Origin: Bacilli bacterium
Lineage (GTDB): Bacteria > Bacillota_I > Bacilli_A > RFN20 > CAG-826
Direction of reading: 5' to 3'
Length of the DNA stretch: 64,000 nucleotides
Assembly: GCA_900767605.1 (NCBI GenBank)
Contig: CAAFZT010000048.1
Location: forward strand, 31,934 to 95,933
A model generated the notes under the pieces. The model was not told the origin of the DNA, did not search any database, and saw nothing but the letters and a program-made list of their open reading frames with translations. Each line of letters begins with the position of its first letter. Within the stretch, counting starts at the first letter, position 1. A program made the translations under genes and the position numbers. Positions 10,672 to 20,803 of the stretch are shown here, piece after piece.

Positions 10672-12159
10672 ATGGAACGGACCTATTTTGCAATCGACCT
10701 CAAATCCTTCTATGCCTCGGTAGAAGCGGTGGATGGGGGATATGACCCCCTATCGACCCATTTGGTCGTAGCCGACGTTTCCCGCACGGATAAAACGATT
10801 TGCCTTGCAATCTCCCCCTCCTTGAAAGCCTACGGGTTACCGGGAAGGGCCCGGCTATTTGAAGTGAAGCAAGCGGTGCGGGAAATCAACGCGAAAAGAC
10901 GTCAAAAGGCACCGGGCGGAGTTTTCAAAGGCAAAAGCACGGACGCGAATGCTTTGGCCAAAGACCCTTCCTTGGAACTCGATTTTGTGATTGCCCCGCC
11001 GCGGATGGCCCGTTACCTAGAAGTGTCGTCGAAGATTTATTCCATTTACCTCAAAACGATTGCCAAGGAAGATATTCACGTCTATTCGATCGATGAAGTC
11101 TTTATGGATGTGACGGGCTACTTGAAGCCCCTAGGATTAACTCCCCACGAACTTGCTAGACGCCTGATTTCTGAGGTTTATGCCCAAACGGGAATCACGG
11201 CGACCGGTGGAATTGGGACCAACCTTTATTTAGCAAAAGTCGCGATGGATATTGTGGCCAAGCATATCCCTGCTGATCAAGATGGAGTACGCATTGCTTC
11301 TTTAAACGAACGAACTTACCGCGAGCAATTATGGGACCATCAACCCTTAAAAGATTTTTGGCGGGTGGGCCCAGGAACCGTGAATCGCTTGGCCGCTTTA
11401 GGCTTATTCACGATGGGGGATATCTGCAGGCAGTCGCTTGTTGATGAAGACGTTCTTTATTCCGCTTTCGGCATCAATGCGGAATTATTAATCGACCATG
11501 CCTGGGGATATGAGCCAACCACCATCCAAGACATCCATTCCTATGAACCCGACCATCATATTTTGAATTCCGGTCAAGTCCTCTCTAGCCCCTACGGCTA
11601 CCAAAAGGGGTTATTAGTCGTCAAAGAAATGGCCGATTCCTTGGGGCTAGATTTAGTCAAGAAGGGCCTTGTCTGCGAGCAGATTGGTCTCGTTTTAGGT
11701 TTTGACCGCGAGGTGGATGAATCCTATCAAGGGGCCTTTGAAGCAGATCGATATGGACGGAAAGTCCCTAAATCCGTCCATGGGGCGGTTTCACTTGGAG
11801 GATTTACCTCCTCTAGCCAAAAGCTTCGCGAAGCCGTCGAACGGATTTACCGTCGAATCATGAATCCCGATTTAAAAGTTCGCCGGGTGAATATCACCTT
11901 GTCGCCAGTGTGCACTCTAGAAGAAGCGAAACGCTTTTCCCCTGACCATGAGCAGCTAAGCCTTTTTGAAGATATCTCCAAGCATCTAGAAAAGGAGAAA
12001 AAAGAAGTCGAAAAAGAAAACAAGGAACACGCCCTTCAAAAAGCCGTTCTTCAAATCAAAGAAAAATATGGGAAGAACGCCGTATTAAAAGGGATGAACC
12101 TTGAAGAAGGAGCCACGATGAAGCAAAGGAATGAGCAAATCGGAGGGCATAAGGCATGA
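10672..12159 (+). CDS. Y-family DNA polymerase (DinB/UmuC family)
   Basis: The N-terminus FAIDLKSFYASVE and the SIDEVFMDVTG catalytic D/E motif are present. The length is about 495 aa. Confidence 0.85.
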   Translation: MERTYFAIDLKSFYASVEAVDGGYDPLSTHLVVADVSRTDKTICLAISPSLKAYGLPGRARLFEVKQAVREINAKRRQKAPGGVFKGKSTDANALAKDPSLELDFVIAPPRMARYLEVSSKIYSIYLKTIAKEDIHVYSIDEVFMDVTGYLKPLGLTPHELARRLISEVYAQTGITATGGIGTNLYLAKVAMDIVAKHIPADQDGVRIASLNERTYREQLWDHQPLKDFWRVGPGTVNRLAALGLFTMGDICRQSLVDEDVLYSAFGINAELLIDHAWGYEPTTIQDIHSYEPDHHILNSGQVLSSPYGYQKGLLVVKEMADSLGLDLVKKGLVCEQIGLVLGFDREVDESYQGAFEADRYGRKVPKSVHGAVSLGGFTSSSQKLREAVERIYRRIMNPDLKVRRVNITLSPVCTLEEAKRFSPDHEQLSLFEDISKHLEKEKKEVEKENKEHALQKAVLQIKEKYGKNAVLKGMNLEEGATMKQRNEQIGGHKA

Positions 12160-12584
12160 ACCCTAAATATGCGGATATGCTTCCTTTGAAACATCATGTT
12201 TCCTTAACTCACCCTCCGATGGACCGCCTTTCCCGCGCCGCTCAGTTTATGCCTTTCGCCGCTTTGGATGGATACGAAGATCAAATCGAAGAAACGGGAA
12301 GAGAGACCCAAAAGAAGCCGTTGCTGAGTCAGGAAGAGAAAGGAAAAATCTCCGAAGTCCTTCGCTTTCTTGCTGAGCAAAAATCCCTTTGTCCCGTTCG
12401 TCTTACCTATTTTCAAAAAGACGCGAAGAAAGAAGGTGGGGAAATTAAAACCATCCGTGGGAACGTTAAACGCGTCAAAGAAGAAGAGAAACGTTTGGTC
12501 CTAGAGGGAGGGCCAGTCATCGAATTTGACGATATTCTCAGTCTTGAAATACAGGGTTTTTTGCCTGATTTTTGCGAATTCTAA
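12156..12584 (+). CDS. hypothetical protein, translationally coupled to the Y-family polymerase
   Basis: Its start overlaps the polymerase stop (ATGA). It is 142 aa with no recognised family. It may be a polymerase accessory subunit. Confidence 0.45.
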   Translation: MNPKYADMLPLKHHVSLTHPPMDRLSRAAQFMPFAALDGYEDQIEETGRETQKKPLLSQEEKGKISEVLRFLAEQKSLCPVRLTYFQKDAKKEGGEIKTIRGNVKRVKEEEKRLVLEGGPVIEFDDILSLEIQGFLPDFCEF

Positions 12585-12676
12585 GCCAATTGACTCGTTC
12601 GATTTGAAAACCTGACGGGGTTTCGCTAGCATTGAAAGCGGAATTTCGATTCTTTTAAGAATCCGAGGATAAAAAC

Positions 12677-13783
12677 ATGATGAATTCTGCTGCTGATCAA
12701 ACGATGGTGGAGGGAGCAATCCGCCATTTTCCCGCCTGCGGGTCTTTCCAAAACTTTGTTCGCATCACCCAAGGCCATATCAATGACACCTTCCACGTCG
12801 TGACGGACAAAGGCGAATATTTGCTTCAACGCCTCTCCCCCACGGCTTTCAAGAAACCTTTGGAAGTCATGCACAATATCGCGGGGGTCACCGCATTTTT
12901 AAGGAAGAAAATCATGGAAGAAGGCGGCAATCCCGATCAAGAATGCTTGAACCTCGTCCCTAGCAACGACGGCAAATGCTATTGGATGGATGAATGCAGC
13001 CATTTATGGCGCGTCTATCTCTTCATCGAAGGCATGAGCTACGATTCCCCCAAGAGCCCGGAGTTATTCCAAGAAGCCGCGAAGGCCTTTGGGCGTTTCC
13101 AGCATTTGCTTTCTGAATACCCGGCTTCCGATCTCTATGAAGTCATCCCCCATTTCCACGATACCCCCAAGCGTTTCAAGGACTTGGAAGCTTCCCTTGC
13201 CAAGGACCCCTTGAACCGCAAGAAGGACTGCATGGATGTCGTGAATTTGGCTTTGGAAAGAAAAGACAAACTTTCGAAAATCGTAGATGGGTTAAAGGAT
13301 GGCTCTTTGCCGTTACGGACCACCCATAACGATACGAAACTCAATAACATCATGTTCGATCCTTCCGGTACCAAGCCCCTTTGCATTTTGGACTTAGATA
13401 CCATCATGCCGGGCAGCGCCCTTTATGATTTTGGCGATTCCATTCGCTTTGGGGCCAATACCTGTGTGGAAGATGAAAAAGACACCTCGAAGATTCACTT
13501 CAACTTGGAGATGTTCAAGGCCTACGCGAAAGGGTTCGTGGAAGGGGCCGCGGGAAGCTTAACGGAAAAGGAAATCCGTTTGTTCCCCTATTGTTCCATG
13601 TTATTGACCTATGAATGCGGCATTCGCTTCTTAGCGGACTACCTCGATGGCGACGTCTATTTCCATACGGCTTACGAAGTCCACAATTTAGTCCGTGCCC
13701 GCGACCAATTTGCCTTGCTTTTGGACATGGAAAGGCAACAAAAGCAAATGGATGAATTTATCGAGGAGCTGCTGCAAAAATAA
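12677..13783 (+). CDS. nahK: N-acetylhexosamine 1-kinase (NahK)-like phosphotransferase, APH fold
   Basis: The motifs HFHDTPKRF, THNDTKLNNI, DLDTIMPGS, FGDSIRFGA, EDEKDTSKIHF and FLADYLDGDVYF are close to Bifidobacterium NahK as I remember it. Confidence 0.65.
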   Translation: MMNSAADQTMVEGAIRHFPACGSFQNFVRITQGHINDTFHVVTDKGEYLLQRLSPTAFKKPLEVMHNIAGVTAFLRKKIMEEGGNPDQECLNLVPSNDGKCYWMDECSHLWRVYLFIEGMSYDSPKSPELFQEAAKAFGRFQHLLSEYPASDLYEVIPHFHDTPKRFKDLEASLAKDPLNRKKDCMDVVNLALERKDKLSKIVDGLKDGSLPLRTTHNDTKLNNIMFDPSGTKPLCILDLDTIMPGSALYDFGDSIRFGANTCVEDEKDTSKIHFNLEMFKAYAKGFVEGAAGSLTEKEIRLFPYCSMLLTYECGIRFLADYLDGDVYFHTAYEVHNLVRARDQFALLLDMERQQKQMDEFIEELLQK

Positions 13784-14637
13784 TGAAGCGCATCGTCGGG
13801 CTCGATATTGGCGGAAGCGCCATCAAAGGCGGATATTTTGATGGTGACCAATTAAAGGGAACCAATCGGGTTCCCACTTTCGCCTTTAAGGGAGCCTCGA
13901 CGGTTTACCGCCAAATCTTCTCCTGCGTGAATGGTCTTCTGAATTCTTATGGGGAAATCGATGCGATTGGTGTGGTCTCCGCCGGAGATGTGGGGGAAGA
14001 CGGGACGTTTATCAAAGTGAATAACATCCCCGTTTTGGTTGGGATGAACGTGAAAAAGCGCCTGGAGGAAGACTTTCATTGCCCTGTAGTTATGGAAAAC
14101 GATGCGGTAGGCGCTTTGGTCGCTGAAGCGACGCGTTTCCCCAAGGCCAAGCGCGTCACGATGCTAACCTTTGGAACAGGACTAGGGTGCGCCACGCTTG
14201 AAGAGAGGAAAATCCTCCACGATGAAGCATCCGATTATGGCCATAAACCCTTAATCGAAGGGGGACGGGTATGCCCTTGCGGCAAAAGAGGATGCGCGGA
14301 GATGTATCTTAACACTGCTTCCTTGAAACGCCTTGCTTTTAAAGCCTATGGGCGAAACGTCTCCACGTTTGATTTATTCGATAAAGCCCGTCATCAAGAC
14401 AAAAGGGCGTTAGAAGTCGTTGACCAATATGGAACTTGGTTACGTCTATTATTAAAAAACGTTGAAAACGGGCTGCATCCCGATCGTTTGATTTTAGGCG
14501 GAGGCATCATGGGGGCAAAGGATATCTTTGAACCTCGACTGGGGTTAGCTCCTGATACCTACGCCTTTGCTTCGTTTGGTAACGATGCGGGAATCATGGG
14601 GGCGAAGATGTTAGTTCAAAAAGGAGAAAGCAAATGA
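13783..14637 (+). CDS. ROK-family sugar kinase (putative N-acetylglucosamine kinase)
   Basis: The N-terminus is GLDIGGS. The ROK zinc motif CPCGKRGCAE is present. Its start overlaps the nahK stop. Confidence 0.7.
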   Translation: MKRIVGLDIGGSAIKGGYFDGDQLKGTNRVPTFAFKGASTVYRQIFSCVNGLLNSYGEIDAIGVVSAGDVGEDGTFIKVNNIPVLVGMNVKKRLEEDFHCPVVMENDAVGALVAEATRFPKAKRVTMLTFGTGLGCATLEERKILHDEASDYGHKPLIEGGRVCPCGKRGCAEMYLNTASLKRLAFKAYGRNVSTFDLFDKARHQDKRALEVVDQYGTWLRLLLKNVENGLHPDRLILGGGIMGAKDIFEPRLGLAPDTYAFASFGNDAGIMGAKMLVQKGESK

Positions 14638-15791
14638 TCAAAGGATTTCAAAATGCGTCGGTTGTTTTTCCTACTGGAGTGAAGAAGAGCAACTTGGTAT
14701 TTCAAAACGGCAAAATCCAAGGATACGGCGAAGAAGACGGATTAATTTCCCTTCCAGAAGGCATCTACGTGGCTCCTGGATTTATCGATGAGCACATCCA
14801 TGGGGCGAACGGGGCCGATGTGATGGATGGGAAAGAAAACTCCCTCGACACGATGTCGAAAGCCCTCGTTCAAGAAGGGGTGACCTCCTTTTTGGCCACG
14901 ACGATGACCGAATCGATGGAAAATATCGAAAAGGCGTTGGTAAACGTCAGGGAATATCAAAAGAAAGAAGCTCCGGGTGCTTGCATCATCGGGGTGCATC
15001 TAGAGGGACCCTTTATCTCCCCAACTTTTAAAGGGGCGCAGGCCCTGGAATTCATCCGGAAGCCAAACGTGGAAGAACTCGACCATTTGGCAAAACTTTC
15101 CGGAAATTTAATCCGCGAGGTAACTTTTGCCTATGAACGGGATGAAGGCGGTGCATTCCTCGAATATTGCAAAAAACATGGCATCGTCGCTTCGCTAGGC
15201 CATTCCGATTGCCCGGGCCCTCTAGCGATTCAAGGATTCCGTTCCGGCATCCATTGCATCACCCATTTATATAACGCCCAACGTCGGTTCCATCATCGCG
15301 ATGTTGGAGTGACGGGCGCGGCTTTGTTAACGGATGGGGTCAAAACCGAGCTCATCGCCGACCTCCACCATTCTTGCAAAGAGGCTGTCGAATTCGTCTT
15401 CAAAAACAAAAAGAAGGAGGACATTGTATTGATTTCCGATTCCACGGAAGCCAAATACCTCCCTGAAGGGGCGGAAGCTCATCTCGGTTCCCAAAAGATT
15501 TTTGTTTCCAATGGGGTGGCGTTGCTCGAAGATGGGACGATTGCAGGAAGCATCTTGCACCTTGACCAGGCTTTGCGAAACGTGTCTCCTTTAGCCAAAG
15601 GCTACACGTTTGCCGATTTGGTTAACCTCGTAAGCTTGAACCCCGCGAAGAACCTTGGGTTAGAAAAAGAAATTGGATCGTTAGAAATCGGGAAACGGGC
15701 TGACTGCGTGCTCTTAAATTCTTCGTTTGAAGTCCTGATGACAATTCGAGACGGAAAAGTTGTTTTTCAAAAGGAAGGGTTTGCCCTCTAA
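14634..15791 (+). CDS. nagA: N-acetylglucosamine-6-phosphate deacetylase
   Basis: It has the amidohydrolase HxH (IDEHIHG) and the typical NagA length. Its start overlaps the upstream stop. Confidence 0.85.
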   Translation: MIKGFQNASVVFPTGVKKSNLVFQNGKIQGYGEEDGLISLPEGIYVAPGFIDEHIHGANGADVMDGKENSLDTMSKALVQEGVTSFLATTMTESMENIEKALVNVREYQKKEAPGACIIGVHLEGPFISPTFKGAQALEFIRKPNVEELDHLAKLSGNLIREVTFAYERDEGGAFLEYCKKHGIVASLGHSDCPGPLAIQGFRSGIHCITHLYNAQRRFHHRDVGVTGAALLTDGVKTELIADLHHSCKEAVEFVFKNKKKEDIVLISDSTEAKYLPEGAEAHLGSQKIFVSNGVALLEDGTIAGSILHLDQALRNVSPLAKGYTFADLVNLVSLNPAKNLGLEKEIGSLEIGKRADCVLLNSSFEVLMTIRDGKVVFQKEGFAL

Positions 15792-15817
15792 AGCAAAGGA
15801 AGGAATAATATAAAACC

Positions 15818-16540
15818 ATGAAAATCTTCATTTTTGAATCCAAGGAAGAACTCGGAAGAGCCCTTGGACACGAGTTTACGGAACTCGTCAAAGAAAACCC
15901 GCATGCGATTTTAGGCTTGGCCACGGGTTCTAGCCCTCTAGAAACCTACCAAGCGATCGCGGAAGAAGCCAAAGCGGAAGGTATCTCGTTTGCAGAGGTC
16001 CAAAGCTTCAACCTCGACGAATATCTCTCTTGCCCCCTCGAAGACCAGACCTATCGTTATTTTATGAACGAGAATCTCTTCTCCAAAATCGATATCCAAG
16101 CGAAAAACACGCACTTCCCAAGCGTTTCCGAACTTGGGGGATACGATAAGGAAATTGAAGAGGCCGGAGGCGTGGATTTTCAACTCCTCGGCATTGGGCG
16201 TAATGGCCATATCGGCTTCAACGAACCGGGAACCGACTTCGATTCGTTGACCCACGTCGTGGATTTAACCGATTCCACCCGCGAAGCGAATGCTCGTTTC
16301 TTCCATAACGATAAAAACCTCGTTCCGACCCAAGCCGTCACGATGGGCATTGGAACAATCAAGAAGAGCCGCCGCATCGCCTTGATCGCCAATGGGGTCG
16401 ACAAAGCCGAAGCGATTGCTAAGCTATATCGCGAAGAAGAGGATCCTTCTTTCCCGGCGACTGCTCTCGTCCACCATCCGCATTTTGAAGTCTACGTGAC
16501 CGCGGAAGTCGACGAAGCCGCCCAAGCGCTTCTTAAATAA
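15818..16540 (+). CDS. nagB: glucosamine-6-phosphate deaminase
   Basis: It is 240 aa with LGLATGSSP and GIGRNGHIGFNEPG motifs. Confidence 0.85.
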   Translation: MKIFIFESKEELGRALGHEFTELVKENPHAILGLATGSSPLETYQAIAEEAKAEGISFAEVQSFNLDEYLSCPLEDQTYRYFMNENLFSKIDIQAKNTHFPSVSELGGYDKEIEEAGGVDFQLLGIGRNGHIGFNEPGTDFDSLTHVVDLTDSTREANARFFHNDKNLVPTQAVTMGIGTIKKSRRIALIANGVDKAEAIAKLYREEEDPSFPATALVHHPHFEVYVTAEVDEAAQALLK

Positions 16541-16590
16541 AACCGGTCTTCGGTTTCGACGCGTTCCTTCGGGGGATGCGTCTTTTTTGT
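16541..16590 (+). terminator. Rho-independent terminator (tandem hairpins plus a T-run)
   Basis: aaccggtcttcggtt, then gacgc...gcgtc, followed by TTTTTTGTTTTTT, immediately after the nagB stop. Confidence 0.6.
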
Positions 16591-16743
16591 TTTTTAAAAA
16601 GGGAAGTGGTTGAAAAAGAAAACCAATTCCCGTTAACTTACCTTGTCTTTACAGACAAAGGGGTTTGTCGGCAAGAATTCAAATTTCATCTTGTTAAAAA
16701 TTAAAACGTTATTTAACATAAGGGCCGCGGAAAGGAGGAGGAC

Positions 16744-18708
16744 ATGAAGGAATATTCGCTCATGAAGAAAATCTACCTTGCCCTCATCCTTCTTTTCTTT
16801 TTAATTGCCTTTGACGTTTTGCTCAACGAGATGATTTATGGGCGGTTTTATTATTCAAACCCCTGGTTGGAATTATCCCTTTACCTTCTATTGCTCCTTC
16901 CGATTTTCTTCTTTAAATCCAATCGGTATTCTTGGATTTATACCGGCGTGGTCGGATTCGTTTTTTCGTTTCTAGTTTTCTTGAATCTCGCGATGTTTGA
17001 ATGCAGTGGGGACGTCTTTTCCTTTAGCTATTTTGTGATGGCCGGGGCTGCGGGGGCCGTCTTCAATTGGAGCTATATGCCTTGGAAATCGATTTTATTC
17101 TCCTTCTTGATCGATGTTGTGGCGGCATTGCTACTTATTGGAATGCATTTCTTCGCCAAGTCCCGCCCCGATAAACTCCAAGAAAAAGTGAAACACCCCG
17201 CGACGATATCGGGGGCCCTTACCATTCTGTTTTTGGTGGCCAACATCACATCGATGTGCCTAGTCCAAGATTCTAGCGGCGCGGGAAGAAATCCCTTTGA
17301 GACCATTAATTTCATTACCCAAACCCAAAAGAAGCAGTCGCTTGGGGAATTCGGCTTATTGAATTATGGGTGGAGCGATTTACTTACCACCGTGAATCCA
17401 GGGCTTGGGGGAGAAAGCAAAACGGATCCTGAGAACCCTCGTCATGAAACGTCCACCCAACAAGGGAAATGCGAGAATTTCAATGTCATCACCATCATGG
17501 TGGAGACCGGATGCAGCTATCTTGTCAACAAAACTCTAACTCCGAATCTATGGGCTTTGATGCAGGATTCGATTGATTTGACGAATAACGTTTCCAAGAA
17601 TAAGACGAATATGTCGGAATTTATCGGCATCACAGGGATCGGAGGAAGGCAAGACGCCATCCAATCTGGTGAAGTCGTCGATTGCTTCTCTTTGCCCAAT
17701 CTTTTGAAAGAAAAAGGCTATACGGCCGCCTTCTTCCACGATAACGACAAGAATTTCTATAACCGGGGAGAAGAAATCTCGAACCTTGGTTTTGAAAAGA
17801 CCTATTTTGCCAATGACTTAAACCCCGAAGTCATCGAATCCGTGAACCGTTGGAATGGGTCTTATCCTCTAGACAGCGAATTCGTGGATCTGACTTTAGA
17901 TCAAATGGTCCCCGTTCAGGAGAAGCCTTTCTATACCTTTTACACGACTTTCTCCATGCATGGCCCTTATGGATTTAGCTGCCCCAATTTCTCTAAATTC
18001 CAAAACCTTGGCTATTACGCCCGGCTAAAAGAAGCCGAAGAAGCAGGCCTATGGGAGAATGTCTGCCTTGATGATTCCCTTGCGATTCAGCAACAAATCG
18101 AATACCTCCAATGCGCGACGATGGATTTTGATGCCGCATTAGGGAAAATTGTTGCTTCCCTCCGTAACAAAGGCCTCTACGAGAACACGGTCATTGTCGT
18201 TTATGGGGATCATGATTCCTATTATAAAAGCGGCAAAGCGGACAAGATGCTTAGCTCCTATGTCTATGATGTGGAAGATAGTGACGTTTATCTGCCGGAA
18301 CGATATAAGACCATCAACTTCTTAGCAAACCCCACGTTAAAGAAAGCCTATTGCCAAGAGAACGGCTTGGATGAAACAGGGCCCGCTTCCTATTCTTTGA
18401 TCACGAGTCCTTATATCCTTGTCCCAACCTTGCTCGATGTCTTGGGGTTCGATTACGATCCTTATAACTATTTAGGCGTTTCCATTTTTAGAACGGATAC
18501 CCCATACGACAATCTCTTCTATTCCCATGAACTTCAATTCTTCATGTCCGAGGAATTCGTTTCGATTTCGGATAAAGAAAGCGGGGTTCAATACCAAAAA
18601 GAAGGGTCCAGCCCAGAAGACCTTACCCTGTTCCGAGAGAAAATAAGCGAGATCGTTGAACTCATTTTCCGATTTAATAATGCGATTTCTAATGGAGGGT
18701 TTCATTAA
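16744..18708 (+). CDS. LTA synthase-family protein (sulfatase-like, LtaS type)
   Basis: The N-terminal multi-pass membrane domain is followed by an extracytoplasmic sulfatase-like domain. A strong GGAGGAGG ribosome-binding site is present. Confidence 0.7.
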   Translation: MKEYSLMKKIYLALILLFFLIAFDVLLNEMIYGRFYYSNPWLELSLYLLLLLPIFFFKSNRYSWIYTGVVGFVFSFLVFLNLAMFECSGDVFSFSYFVMAGAAGAVFNWSYMPWKSILFSFLIDVVAALLLIGMHFFAKSRPDKLQEKVKHPATISGALTILFLVANITSMCLVQDSSGAGRNPFETINFITQTQKKQSLGEFGLLNYGWSDLLTTVNPGLGGESKTDPENPRHETSTQQGKCENFNVITIMVETGCSYLVNKTLTPNLWALMQDSIDLTNNVSKNKTNMSEFIGITGIGGRQDAIQSGEVVDCFSLPNLLKEKGYTAAFFHDNDKNFYNRGEEISNLGFEKTYFANDLNPEVIESVNRWNGSYPLDSEFVDLTLDQMVPVQEKPFYTFYTTFSMHGPYGFSCPNFSKFQNLGYYARLKEAEEAGLWENVCLDDSLAIQQQIEYLQCATMDFDAALGKIVASLRNKGLYENTVIVVYGDHDSYYKSGKADKMLSSYVYDVEDSDVYLPERYKTINFLANPTLKKAYCQENGLDETGPASYSLITSPYILVPTLLDVLGFDYDPYNYLGVSIFRTDTPYDNLFYSHELQFFMSEEFVSISDKESGVQYQKEGSSPEDLTLFREKISEIVELIFRFNNAISNGGFH

Positions 18709-18713
18709 GGTTT

Positions 18714-19358
18714 ATGCGTAGGGTGCCACTTGCTTTCTGCTTTACTATTTTGGTGTCGTGCCTAGGGTGCAGTGGGCCTATTTATCGCGTGGATTTGCTG
18801 GCGACGGAGGCTATTGCTGCTATAAGGGGTTTGAAAGCAGTAGAAGATCCTAGCCATTGGTACGCCTATTACGGGGATGAAGAAACCCTGTGGGAGACCA
18901 GCTGCTTCTATCTCCCTTCTTTGGGGTACAAAGCTACGATAAGAGGACAAAAATATTGCAATTTCGTTACGGACGACTCGATTTATCTCGATTACTTAGG
19001 ATCTACTAAAGAGGGTTTTGTGAGAGCCTGTTTGGAAAAGGATCCGCCGATCAATTATTTTAGTTTCAATGACGTTTTGCCCCTTGCTCAGGGGATGGCG
19101 GAAGAAGCGGATGCCTTTTATCGTACCGCTGATTACCCCACTGGTGTATATCAATTCGATGTGAAAATAGATTCTGCTGGCTACGCATCCTTCCTTTCGT
19201 TTGGGAAATTGCACTTCCCAAAGCAACAATATGAATCGGTAGAACGCTGCGATTCCTTCGACGTTACGGTTTGGACCTATACGGAGGGATCTGCTAATTT
19301 GATATTCTCGGCAAGCAGCCATTCGAAAAACGTTTTTGATTTAGTCGTAGAGCCTTAA
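18714..19358 (+). CDS. putative lipoprotein, unknown function
   Basis: The signal peptide carries a lipobox (LVSCLGC). Confidence 0.5.
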   Translation: MRRVPLAFCFTILVSCLGCSGPIYRVDLLATEAIAAIRGLKAVEDPSHWYAYYGDEETLWETSCFYLPSLGYKATIRGQKYCNFVTDDSIYLDYLGSTKEGFVRACLEKDPPINYFSFNDVLPLAQGMAEEADAFYRTADYPTGVYQFDVKIDSAGYASFLSFGKLHFPKQQYESVERCDSFDVTVWTYTEGSANLIFSASSHSKNVFDLVVEP

Positions 19359-19482
19359 TGGACTCGATTTCGTTTTCATTAAGACGTTGACTCGTTGTGA
19401 TTTTTAATGGTTCGTATGCTATATTGGTGGCGCAAAGACTTTCCTCATCCATTTCGTGTAGCTGCAAAAAGGAGGGCCACGA

Positions 19483-19908
19483 ATGAAGAAGATGGCATCA
19501 TTAATCTGGGTTCCTTTGCTTTTAGGTTCCTGCTTTACCGTTAACCATAAGAAGAATTATTTTGTCGCCGGACAATTCGAAATTGTTGAAGATGAAGTGG
19601 GTTATTACCTGGAAGTCGAAGAAATATCCAAGAACGCTTACGAATCATCGGGCAAGATCAATACGGTTAAAGACGTTGTTATCAATAAGTATTTCAGCGT
19701 TCAATTCTATGAACGCATTGGAGGGGAGTCCATTTTGGTCGACTTGGTGAATTTAAAGGATGAGAATCCAAGGACGAAGGCGATTCCCGCTAGTTACATT
19801 GACGACAACGGGGTTAGCATGACCCCGTTGGGAGGTGTAGAAAGTCTGGATGAATATTACTACGTTGCATACAAACAAACGTCTTTATCTTTTACGAAAA
19901 GAGGGTAA
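19483..19908 (+). CDS. putative lipoprotein, unknown function
   Basis: An AAGGAGGG ribosome-binding site precedes it. The signal peptide has lipobox LLGSC. Confidence 0.5.
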   Translation: MKKMASLIWVPLLLGSCFTVNHKKNYFVAGQFEIVEDEVGYYLEVEEISKNAYESSGKINTVKDVVINKYFSVQFYERIGGESILVDLVNLKDENPRTKAIPASYIDDNGVSMTPLGGVESLDEYYYVAYKQTSLSFTKRG

Positions 19909-20021
19909 AACATGGTTTCACTTTTATTGACGCTTCATATAGCTGCTTCGGCAGCCACGCGTCGATAGTGGCAAGAATTTCGTCATTAAAAGAATGCGTC
20001 CAAACTTATGGCTATATTCCC

Positions 20022-20795
20022 TTAACGGATTACTTCCTTGATCCGTTTGGCAAAGACCTTGGCTAAAGCCTCCCCTCCCTTTTCACTTGGATGAAGGCCG
20101 TCATAGGTCATGTCCTCAGCTTCCTTGGGGTAAGGATAAGCCCGATAACGATTGGGGTCGAATATTTCCTTGGAAAAAACCTCAAAAGGCACATCGACAG
20201 TTTTTCCGTTTTCTTGCCGACGGAGGAATTTTACCGCGTTTTCCGGGGTGAATCCTGCTTCGTCGTGGGTATTTACATAATAGATGCCGTGACTGGGGTC
20301 TTCTAAATGACGGTAGAGATTGCCGTAATCCCTGCAATAGGTTCCAATCGAATTGGGCTTGCCCGTATCTTGGGTATTGTTTCGATAGTCGAATTGATAA
20401 ATGAACCAACCGTGTTCCACGGGAGAAGCGATGAAAATCGGAGCAGTGGGAGCTACCGAACGGATTTTCCTTACGATCCAACCTAAACATCCAATCGTCG
20501 TTCTAGAATCTTCATCCTTAAAATCCTCCATCTTGCCTAAAGGAGGGTTCCCACAGGAATTCCAGTCGTTGATCCCTAGGAGGATGGAGTAGAAATCCCC
20601 CTTGGGGAAATCCATTCCCACGAAATGGATGGTTTTCCCTCCGTTAATCGCTACGTGGACCACGTTGGTATCGAAAGGGAGAAGTTTTTGGGTTTTGGTT
20701 ACATATCCTTCTTGGATTCGATAATTCGTCTCGTCTAAATGTTCGTCGATATAGGTGAAGGAGTCGCCGATCGCGACCCAGGTTTTCTTATTCAT
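20022..20795 (-). CDS. SGNH/GDSL-family hydrolase
   Basis: The N-terminal GDSFT block is present. The gene is probably co-transcribed with deoR and fucI. Confidence 0.7.
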   Translation of the reverse strand: MNKKTWVAIGDSFTYIDEHLDETNYRIQEGYVTKTQKLLPFDTNVVHVAINGGKTIHFVGMDFPKGDFYSILLGINDWNSCGNPPLGKMEDFKDEDSRTTIGCLGWIVRKIRSVAPTAPIFIASPVEHGWFIYQFDYRNNTQDTGKPNSIGTYCRDYGNLYRHLEDPSHGIYYVNTHDEAGFTPENAVKFLRRQENGKTVDVPFEVFSKEIFDPNRYRAYPYPKEAEDMTYDGLHPSEKGGEALAKVFAKRIKEVIR

Positions 20796-20803
20796 TTTTA
20801 TTT

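Noticed and set aside
19909-20021. The short hairpin gctgcttcggcagc in the convergent intergenic region
   Set aside because: It has a 5-bp stem and no U-tract, which is too weak to call a terminator.
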